From assembly GCA_016219225.1 (NCBI GenBank), contig JACRBX010000262.1, positions 1-27,976 on the forward strand: DNA of 27,976 bases. Reading direction: 5' to 3'. Position numbers and translations under genes: made by a program. This DNA is from Deltaproteobacteria bacterium. Lineage in GTDB: Bacteria; Desulfobacterota; RBG-13-43-22. This document shows positions 6,328-12,957 of this stretch, one piece after another. How positions within the stretch are numbered: the first letter of the stretch is position 1; the number at the start of each line of letters is the position of its first letter. The notes below the pieces were generated by a model that did not search any database, had not been told where the DNA came from, and worked only from the letters and a program-made list of their open reading frames with translations.

Positions 6328-9300
6328 TCATTCATCCTCCAGGGGCGGCGGCTGTGCCTTGCGCCATTCTAAGAACTGGTCCAGGGAAATGCGGGTCGCT
6401 CCATAATAAAGTTTCAGGAAACAGACCTGTCCGTTGGCTTGAGTGAGAACAAGGGTGCCATCGGATCTGAGGAGACGCGCTGTGCCGTCAGAATCGGCAT
6501 GCCAACGGGCACAGAGGACGATCTTTTGCCCCTTTACTGGAAGATTGACTTCTCCATAACGGCGTTCTGCTCTGGCAAATATGTCGGAGTAATAAAGGTC
6601 TCTTCCAAGATAAAGAGGTATTGATTCGGGATATCGAATGCAGAATTCAATGAAGTTCAATACTTCAATACAAGCTCCGGTTTTACTATCCCAGATGCGC
6701 AGGATATGATCCCAAGCCCACGAGAGTATCCGCCCGTCGTTGAGCTGAAGGGCGCCATTGGTCCAGTTTGTATGCCCCTCAAGTACGACGAGGGGGCGTC
6801 CGTCTGTATCCCAGAGGCGCAGGGTACGATCATCAGACCACGAGAGTATCCGCTCGTCGTTGAGCTGAAGAGCGCCATTGACCCAGTTTGTATGCCCCTC
6901 AAGTACAGCGAGGGGGCGTCCGTCAGTATCCCAGAGGCGCAGGGTATGATCACCAGACCAGGAGAGTATCCGCCCGTCGGTGAGTTGCAGGACGCCCTTG
7001 ACCCAGTCTGTATGCCCCTCAAGTACGGCCAGGGGGCGTCCGTCAGTATCCCAGAGACGCAGGGTATGACCATCAGACCAGGAGAGCATCCGTCCGTCGG
7101 TGAGCTGAAGAGCGCCACGGACCTGGTACGTATGCCCCTCAAGTACGGCGAGGGGGCGTCCGTCTGTATCCCAGAGGCGCAGGGTATGACCATCAGACCA
7201 GGAGAGCATCCGTCCGTCGGTGAGCTGAAGAGCGCCACGGACCTGGTACGTATGCCCCTCAAGTACGGCGAGGGGGCGTCCGTCAGTATCCCAGAGGCGC
7301 AGGGTCCTATCACCCGACCACGAGAGTATCCGCCCGTCGGGGAGCTGAAGGGCACCTTTGACCTCGAATGTATGGCCCTCAAGGACAGAGAGGCAAGGGC
7401 TGACGTCTGCTTCTTCCACTCTTTGCATTCGCCGCAACCACACCCAATCAACCTTGCCCGCGTGGAGATATTGCTCCGCCGCAATCGTTATCGGGCTGTT
7501 ATCGGCATGTTCAATGGCCAGTTGCAGCAGAATCTTGTGACCTGGCCATTCGTCGTTTCCACGGCGGAGGATGTGAATTTTCTCCCGGAAGGAGGTCGAC
7601 CAAAACTCAAGCCGTTTCGCTATCTCCGCTGGGGCTCGCCTCTCCAGCGTCCCGTAGTCGTAGGAAATCGAATCAAACAAGCCTAGTTCGCATTTCCGCA
7701 TCAGCCACGGGAAGTCGGTCACCAGTTCACCGGCTTCCATCCAGTCACCCGCGTCGGCTTGATGGCCGACAAGCTGCTGAAAGAAGTAGCCGTCATCCGG
7801 GCCTGAAGGCCAACTATCTGGGCATTTTCCGCGATAGGCATCGAGCAAGGTCCGGTGCAGGGCCTTTGGCTCGCCAGCCAAACGGGTGGCGAAGTCATAC
7901 ACGAGGTCGTGCAGGCGGAAGCGGCGTTCAATGGCTTCCCCCGGCTGGGCGGCCTTCTGGTCGAGCTGGATGAGGGAGCGCTCGGACAGGCTGATGAGCA
8001 GTTTGCTGCAGTTGCGATCGCTTAACGGCCCGGTGTGCTCCCACAGTACATGGACAGCAGCTTCCGGCACTGTCCGGCCCGTCGCGAAGACGGCGAGTTC
8101 GGCGAAGCGCGGTTTCTCCACGTCCTTCAGCGCATCGTAACTGGCCTTCATCGCGTTCCAGATGGTACGATGCTGTTCGTTGGTCTCCTCGCGGTTCTCC
8201 GGCCACTCCAGATCCGCTTCGCGCAGGGCTGCGACGATGTCCTGCCAGGAATGCCCTGCTTTTGCCATGCCGCCGCACAGCGCCACGGCCAACGGCAGGC
8301 ATCCGCACTCCCTGACCACTTCCTGCGCCTCGCGTGGAAGGGCGGCACGTTCCATGTCCACTGCGCCGGCGAGCAGTTGCAGCGCCTCCGGCTCGGTGAA
8401 GAGCGACACCGGCACGCACTCGCCGCCCATGGTGCTCAGGATGCCAATATCGCGCGTAGTGACCAGCGCCCGGCAGCGCGGGCCCAGTACATCGAAGGCT
8501 TTGGCATCCGAAGCATGCCAGACGTCATCAAGGACAAGCAGTACGGCCTTCTGAAGGAGCAGTTGTCGGAGGACACCCTGTCCTTGGACTTCGGTTTGAA
8601 ATGGCTCCTGACTGCCGAGGTGTCGGGCCACGTCGCGCAGGAGGCTAACGCGATCAGGTGGCTGGCCGACGGCGACCCAGATGATGCCGTCGGGGTAGGA
8701 GTGGCGCACCTCGGGGTCGCGTGCGAGTGCCGCGGCCAGCACGGACTTCCCGATGCCCCCCATGCCCTGCATGCCGACGCGCGCGGCGGCGCCGCTGATG
8801 ACGACGGGCTTCTGAAGGTCCACGAGCAGAGCGTCCTTGACGCGGCGAAGAAGATCGGGCCGGCCGAGAAAATTCGGCGGCAGGTTCGGCACACCGTAGA
8901 GCGCCCCCAAAGGCGGGGCGTCGAGGCGAAGATTCGCGATGAGCTTGGCGAGTTGGACCGGATACTGGGCATCGTCACGGAAATCGTCGCAGTGAAGCAA
9001 TCCCAGTTCGCCGGGAATGTCCTGGTAGTCGCCCCGTAGGAGGATGGGGATGACGGGCTTGTCGAGTTCGAGCCCCCAACGCCATTCCTGACGGACATAA
9101 TCGGAATGCGCCGCCTTCGGACCGACCACCAGCACTATCCTGTCCCGCGCGCGGATAGCGTCAGCGATCTCCTGGTGGAAGGTGAGTTGCCGAGACGGCA
9201 ATGAGACGCGGTCGAACCAGACATCAAAGCCAGCGGCGGTGAGATCGGTATGAAGCCGCACGACGAAGGATTTGGCGGGATTATACGGCTCGCCGTCATC

Positions 9301-9333
9301 GCCTCGGGCGTATGACAGGAATACCTTGGTCAT
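6328..9333 (-). CDS. TIR-NB-ARC (STAND NTPase)-WD40 protein, NLR-like
   Basis: 1001-aa ORF with AAGGAG 9 nt upstream of ATG 9333. The TIR starts at KVFLSYARGDD, with a candidate catalytic Glu in YVRQEW. Canonical NB-ARC motifs are present: GMGGIGKS, LLVLDDVW, ALVTTRD and GCLPLAV. Six 40-aa WD40 units (LEGHTxxVxGALQLxDGRxLSWSxxxTLRLWDTDGRPLAV) are followed by a degenerate blade. Confidence 0.92.
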   Translation of the reverse strand: MTKVFLSYARGDDGEPYNPAKSFVVRLHTDLTAAGFDVWFDRVSLPSRQLTFHQEIADAIRARDRIVLVVGPKAAHSDYVRQEWRWGLELDKPVIPILLRGDYQDIPGELGLLHCDDFRDDAQYPVQLAKLIANLRLDAPPLGALYGVPNLPPNFLGRPDLLRRVKDALLVDLQKPVVISGAAARVGMQGMGGIGKSVLAAALARDPEVRHSYPDGIIWVAVGQPPDRVSLLRDVARHLGSQEPFQTEVQGQGVLRQLLLQKAVLLVLDDVWHASDAKAFDVLGPRCRALVTTRDIGILSTMGGECVPVSLFTEPEALQLLAGAVDMERAALPREAQEVVRECGCLPLAVALCGGMAKAGHSWQDIVAALREADLEWPENREETNEQHRTIWNAMKASYDALKDVEKPRFAELAVFATGRTVPEAAVHVLWEHTGPLSDRNCSKLLISLSERSLIQLDQKAAQPGEAIERRFRLHDLVYDFATRLAGEPKALHRTLLDAYRGKCPDSWPSGPDDGYFFQQLVGHQADAGDWMEAGELVTDFPWLMRKCELGLFDSISYDYGTLERRAPAEIAKRLEFWSTSFREKIHILRRGNDEWPGHKILLQLAIEHADNSPITIAAEQYLHAGKVDWVWLRRMQRVEEADVSPCLSVLEGHTFEVKGALQLPDGRILSWSGDRTLRLWDTDGRPLAVLEGHTYQVRGALQLTDGRMLSWSDGHTLRLWDTDGRPLAVLEGHTYQVRGALQLTDGRMLSWSDGHTLRLWDTDGRPLAVLEGHTDWVKGVLQLTDGRILSWSGDHTLRLWDTDGRPLAVLEGHTNWVNGALQLNDERILSWSDDRTLRLWDTDGRPLVVLEGHTNWTNGALQLNDGRILSWAWDHILRIWDSKTGACIEVLNFIEFCIRYPESIPLYLGRDLYYSDIFARAERRYGEVNLPVKGQKIVLCARWHADSDGTARLLRSDGTLVLTQANGQVCFLKLYYGATRISLDQFLEWRKAQPPPLEDE
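6667..7386. repeat. Intragenic tandem repeat, 6 x 120 nt (WD40 blades)
   Basis: The period is exactly 120 nt. Units 7027-7146 and 7147-7266 differ at 3 of 120 nt, all synonymous, because the encoded blades are identical. Confidence 0.95.
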
Positions 9334-9582
9334 GATTCGATGCTCCTTTTAGAGTCAATGTAGTATATAGCGACGCTGTTAGCTTATGAATTTGGAAATA
9401 AAGAAAAACCTTTCTAATCGGCTACGGCTTGATCGAATAACCGATTTGTTCACAGATTGAATAGAGATTCCCTGCTTTCTTCTCAAGAAGGGTATGGGCA
9501 TGCCCAGTTTCAATCAGGTCGTCTTGTTCTTAGGTTCGTCTCTTTATTGCTCGTGACTCTTTGATATGACTTTGCTTTTTGG

Positions 9583-9638
9583 TTGAAAGACTATAACATG
9601 GAGGGAAACGGAGTCAAGAAGAATAATAGAGCGGAAGG
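9583..9638 (+). repeat. Dispersed repeat, copy C
   Basis: An ungapped hand alignment to 11734-11789 gives 43/56 identities (core GTCAAGrAGAAwAATAGAGyGrAAGG). Confidence 0.6.
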
Positions 9639-9651
9639 CCGGGAGGGTTTG

Positions 9652-10167
9652 CTAAATCCGATCCAGGATAACCGAGTCTATCTCTATCCCGTTGCCATCC
9701 CCACCGGTCACCGAAATGGTTATTTTATGGTCTCCTGGCTGCAGGGTTACGGGACCCAAGTCGGGGCTTTCGGCGAAATTGTTCCATCCCAAACCAAAAT
9801 CACCGGTATCTTCTGAAGTGAATTGTCCAACTGAGCTGCCATCCAATTGTATGGAAACCACTTCCGTTGGGCCGTTATTGTCATTGCTATACCGGACCCT
9901 TAGCCTGTAATTGGTATTGGTACCGGGACAAAGGGGGAAGGTGATGATCCGGGTCTCATTGGCGTGGAGCCAGACCGTGGCCTGTCCACCGGCATTGGAC
10001 CGGGACATCACCTGACCGGCGCCGGAACCGTTTTCAGCCTGGAGCACGATTTGGGTGGCGGCTGCAAGGCAACTTCCCCCTCCGCTGCCGCGGTTACCGC
10101 CTCCGCCTCCACACCCGGCATGACTGAGTAGAATGATTAGAGCTACATAAAGCCTTGATTTGTTCAT
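9652..10167 (-). CDS. Lipoprotein with a carbohydrate-binding-module-like beta-sandwich domain
   Basis: An internal ATG at 10167 opens a signal peptide with a lipobox (MNKSRLYVALIILLSHAGC) and a Gly-rich linker. The body (QAENGSG..., YRLRVRYSNDNNGPTEV, GWNNF, IEIDSVIL) resembles CBM6/35-like or galactose-binding-like domains. No clear SD is present. The long ORF continues upstream in frame to 10329. Confidence 0.55.
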   Translation of the reverse strand: MNKSRLYVALIILLSHAGCGGGGGNRGSGGGSCLAAATQIVLQAENGSGAGQVMSRSNAGGQATVWLHANETRIITFPLCPGTNTNYRLRVRYSNDNNGPTEVVSIQLDGSSVGQFTSEDTGDFGLGWNNFAESPDLGPVTLQPGDHKITISVTGGDGNGIEIDSVILDRI

Positions 10168-10185
10168 CACCGGCCCGGGTTGAAG

Positions 10186-10326
10186 CGATCGGTCCAATAC
10201 TGATCTTCGAACCGCCCGATCCAATTCATCGAGAAATTGCTTACCAAGACCATCAACCTGTTCATTGTACCAGACGACAGCGTCATCGAGTTCCTGCTGG
10301 GCCAACGTGAGAAAGCGTATTTTCAT
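10186..10326 (-). pseudogene. ParE/RelE-family toxin, N-terminal ~47 codons only (truncated)
   Basis: MKIRFLTLAQQELDDAVVWYNEQVDGLGKQFLDELDRAVRR is a typical ParE-type N-terminus. Its ATG overlaps the antitoxin stop (TGATG at 10324-10328). The similarity ends after ~45 aa, where the frame runs into the lipoprotein signal peptide. Confidence 0.6.
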
Positions 10327-10544
10327 CAACGGCGATACTTTTCTATAACATCCTTATATGATACTGACGGAATATGGCCTAATTTGTAAGCATCCCAACG
10401 TTTGCGCGCCTCCTCCGCCCAAATCCGATCCAACTCCGGGTCCGGTTTATCAAGATCGGTAAGGATTGCATCCACCAATCGCAGTTTTTCAACGTCCGAT
10501 AAAGAATTTATTTCCTCGGAAAGCCTTTCTGCTGTGGTTGTCAT
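10326..10544 (-). CDS. Putative addiction-module antitoxin component (TIGR02574-like)
   Basis: LSDVEKLRLVDAILTDLDKPDPELDRIWAEEARKRWDAYKLG matches the 'putative addiction module component' family that pairs with ParE/RelE toxins. GGAGG lies 7 nt upstream of ATG 10544. Confidence 0.7.
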   Translation of the reverse strand: MTTTAERLSEEINSLSDVEKLRLVDAILTDLDKPDPELDRIWAEEARKRWDAYKLGHIPSVSYKDVIEKYRR

Positions 10545-10840
10545 GATAACACCTCCGTTATTAAAACTATGCAATGCTTCGATTTTGGTTTTTTTATGAA
10601 TTTATCAATCATAACACTTCGTTCCCAAGACAGCAATCGATTGCGCTCCAGGCAAAAACGGCCCGCTTGAGACTATCGACCAGGCGCACGACATCATCTG
10701 TGCCACCGGCTTTCTACCAGTCATAAAATTTTTTGGGGGTCATGTTGAATTCCTGATTATGTTTTCTTCGCGCCGAAACAACCTACTCACTCGGAGCGCG
10801 CCGTTTGCGCGATCGGATGCAGCCGATGATTAGCTGCTTT

Positions 10841-11041
10841 TCATGCTGCTTTGAGCTTTGCAATTAGCTCCCGTACCGCCGGCACTATTTCTATTGGGAC
10901 TTCCATAACCGTTTGACCCGAAATTTCAAAAGCTGCCTCGTCTTCAGCGGCGGCTTCTTCCTCAGACTGAGATTCATAATGGGCCAATATACTATTCACA
11001 CGCTCTGCGTCCCATCCCGGTGGAAATTTGCTTTGTTTCAT
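10841..11041 (-). CDS. Small acidic protein, putative antitoxin partner of the upstream gene
   Basis: 66 aa (PPGWDAERVNSILAHYESQSEEEAAAEDEAAF). It overlaps the preceding gene by 4 nt (11038-11041). The function is inferred from context only. Confidence 0.45.
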   Translation of the reverse strand: MKQSKFPPGWDAERVNSILAHYESQSEEEAAAEDEAAFEISGQTVMEVPIEIVPAVRELIAKLKAA

Positions 11042-11322
11042 CTCTTTTTTCTCCTCCTTCGGCGGCGATATGCGACCAATGGTTTGCCTACAAGCTCATA
11101 GTCTGTAATCACAAAAACACTATTGGGCGCAGGATCGGGAACATAAATGACCCTGATATATCTCCCTCCCGATGTTTTTCCAATGGCGACTCTTGATCCT
11201 TCCCGTCCCGGTCGATCTTCGCCCGGGGTGGCGAGAACCTCTTCCACCTCCATTTCCTCAACGTCATGGCTATAGATATGGGGTAATTGCGTCTCTGGAT
11301 CAATGTAATAACGTATATTCAA
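11038..11322 (-). CDS. BrnT-like (DUF497-like) toxin candidate
   Basis: 94 aa. The pattern H-D-V-x-x-x-E-V-E-E-V-L ... GKTSGGRYIRVIY ... VITDYEL resembles BrnT-type toxins, and the C-terminal tail is basic. The start is TTG, with AAGGTGA 4 nt upstream. Confidence 0.45.
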   Translation of the reverse strand: MNIRYYIDPETQLPHIYSHDVEEMEVEEVLATPGEDRPGREGSRVAIGKTSGGRYIRVIYVPDPAPNSVFVITDYELVGKPLVAYRRRRRRKKR

Positions 11323-11363
11323 TACGTCACCTTTATGTCATTCTTTCAGCGGCAACGTTCGCA

Positions 11364-11684
11364 TCACTGGGGACCGTCAGCCGCAGGTTGGCTGCTATCC
11401 GGGTGCAGGCGAACGTCCGGCGTTTCAACATTCCCTTCTAATTTCCCTGTTGCCATAAAATAAAGCGACTCAGGTGCAATATCAAAACCACAATCCCAGG
11501 CAAGAGTAGGCCAGGAGTCAAGGTAAAAACGTGAGAACACTACGGGATCGCGTAAGGGTGAGGCAATTGCATATTTGTACACAATATCTCGAAGATCAAC
11601 TTCTCCTGTTTCCCCGGTGTTAAATTTTAGCTCAATCCGATAGTCATTGATATACCGTGCTTCTAATACAGAAATACATTCCAT
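11364..11684 (-). CDS. DUF2442 domain protein
   Basis: The layout (IELKFNTGETGEVDL ... WPTLAWDCGFDIAPESLY) is characteristic of DUF2442. GAGAGGA lies 6 nt upstream of the ATG. Confidence 0.65.
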   Translation of the reverse strand: MECISVLEARYINDYRIELKFNTGETGEVDLRDIVYKYAIASPLRDPVVFSRFYLDSWPTLAWDCGFDIAPESLYFMATGKLEGNVETPDVRLHPDSSQPAADGPQ

Positions 11685-11733
11685 ATTATTTCCTCTCTTA
11701 TGGAACGGGGCCGGAATTGGGACAGTCGTCCAG

Positions 11734-11908
11734 TTCGAAAAAGTATAGCATAGGGCAAAACGGGGTCAAGGAGAAAAATAGAGTGAAAGGGGGAATCATG
11801 GGGTCGCATCTTTCATATTGACTTTTGTCAGTCATCACGGCCCAGACGACAAGCCCCGACTACACCAGATCCTTGAGAAAAAGATGGGCCGAACAGAGGC
11901 GTATCCCT
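11734..11908 (+). repeat. Dispersed repeat, copy A (longest)
   Basis: The left part matches copy C. Segments 11765-11790 and 11853-11908 match copy B at 22/26 and ~85% identity, with ~60 nt of extra sequence between them. Confidence 0.6.
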
Positions 11909-12000
11909 TCCTTGGTGGTCAGGTCAACATCCGGATCAAGGGTCACCTTTAAACGGCTATGCTAAACGCTGGCAGATCGAAATCAATATCCATGAAAACG

Positions 12001-12222
12001 TTAAGCGGCAAATTTAATAATTTCCAGTTCCGCAGCGTAATCGGCTTTCTCAAGAATTTGATCCACTCGTTCCATAATATTATCTTCTAATAGATATTCA
12101 TTACAATTTTTACATTGGAGTACCGGCAATTCTTTTAAAATAATGATGGTCTCCTGGTCCACCTTAAAAGGCAAGGTGGTAATAATAGGCTCCATTTCAG
12201 ATCCACAAACATGGCATTTCAT
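12001..12222 (-). CDS. YgiT-type (MqsA-like) zinc-finger protein, putative antitoxin
   Basis: MKCHVCGSEM...LQCKNCNEYLL is the CxxC...CxxC YgiT-type finger (TIGR03831-like). It overlaps the DUF4258 gene by 4 nt (ATGA). Confidence 0.75.
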   Translation of the reverse strand: MKCHVCGSEMEPIITTLPFKVDQETIIILKELPVLQCKNCNEYLLEDNIMERVDQILEKADYAAELEIIKFAA

Positions 12223-12563
12223 TTTGACGGTCTCCTTGTTTTAAAATCTTCATTCCATTCTTGGGAATCTGGCTGATAGGCGGTAATAACCCGAATGTTA
12301 TTTCCAGGCATATCTATAGCAAACTGGACATGAAAAATATTGCCCTTATTCCAAGAATAAACCAGGTAACTGGGAAAATATTTGTCATCTGGATATTCTT
12401 CGATGATTTCGAACTGTGAAACGGAATCCAATATTTCGTTTCGGTTAATAAATCTTTCTTTTAATCTCATAGTTACATGATAAGTCCAGAAAATTTTTCT
12501 CTCCTTTATGCAACGCTGAATATAGCTTAAAGGATCAATAGGAATTCGATGCCTATCGTTCAT
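12219..12563 (-). CDS. DUF4258 domain protein, putative toxin
   Basis: WTYHVTMRLKERFINRNEIL ... NNIRVITAYQP is the DUF4258 signature. I take ATG 12563 as the start, although the ORF opens at TTG 12578. Confidence 0.75.
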   Translation of the reverse strand: MNDRHRIPIDPLSYIQRCIKERKIFWTYHVTMRLKERFINRNEILDSVSQFEIIEEYPDDKYFPSYLVYSWNKGNIFHVQFAIDMPGNNIRVITAYQPDSQEWNEDFKTRRPSK

Positions 12564-12883
12564 AAAGATTCCCGTCAAATCTGAATTGACAACTTTTTAA
12601 GGAGTAAAAAAGTATAATAAATTAACATTTTTAAGTTTACAAGACAATGTTTTTCAAGATCCGGGTTAATTTTCTCTTATTAACGGTCTCATTGTAATAG
12701 CGACTTGGTGGAGGCTGTATTGGGCCAGGCAAAGATACCAAATTTAATATGGGGATGGAAAGGAGTCTGAACTGGGATAGATTTGAGAAGGTCTTTTCCG
12801 GGGGGGAAATTTTTTCGTCAAAAATGATAGCGGGGGTAAGGAGAGGCCCTCTTAATTTACATAGCTCGGGAGGCTTTTCAACC

Positions 12884-12934
12884 TTTACACTGGAATTTTT
12901 TTATGCTATATTAGTTACTAAAGTTTAGTAACTA
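12884..12934 (+). promoter_or_regulatory. Sigma70-type promoter plus a 23-bp perfect palindromic operator
   Basis: The promoter is TTTACA (12884-12889), a 17-nt spacer and TATATT (12907-12912). The palindrome TAGTTACTAAA-G-TTTAGTAACTA (12912-12934) starts at the last base of the -10 element and ends 23 nt before ATG 12958. Confidence 0.6.
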
Positions 12935-12957
12935 TAAAGGTGATAGGGAGCCGTGAG

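Noticed and set aside
6204-6335. A 44-codon N-terminal extension of the PfkB/AAA/RyR ORF, which gives an 8-nt overlap with the upstream gene.
   Set aside because: GGAGG abuts ATG 6335 with zero spacing, and the extension has no domain similarity. ATG 6203 has AAGGAG with a 6-nt spacer and coincides with the first PfkB strand. I keep it as an alternative start only.
6657-7686. ORFs 6657-7484 (-, 275 aa) and 6706-7686 (+, 326 aa) with internally repetitive translations.
   Set aside because: These are off-frame and antisense readings of the 120-nt WD40 tandem repeat. The repetitiveness is inherited from the real frame.
7358-9098. Many long ORFs on both strands and in several frames (for example 8035-9039 +, 334 aa; 8436-9098 -, 220 aa; 7928-8419 -, 163 aa; 8162-8554 +, 130 aa).
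   Set aside because: They all lie inside the GC-rich part of the TIR-NB-ARC-WD40 gene. Their products are Arg/Ala/Gly/Pro-rich low-complexity sequences with no motifs. Stop-codon scarcity in high-GC DNA explains them.
9583-9816. ORF 9583-9816 (+, 77 aa) and ORF 14107-14301 (-, 64 aa).
   Set aside because: The first is antisense to the lipoprotein gene and starts inside repeat copy C. The second is antisense to repeat copy B. Neither has an SD or a recognisable motif.
10590-10760. A possible gene remnant on the minus strand: AGGA-N7-ATG MTPKKFYDW, a stop, then KAGGTDDVVRLVDSLKRAVFAWSAIDCCLGNEVL.
   Set aside because: It is interrupted by an in-frame TAG after 9 codons and is very short. I cannot assign it to a family, so it is not reportable as a feature.
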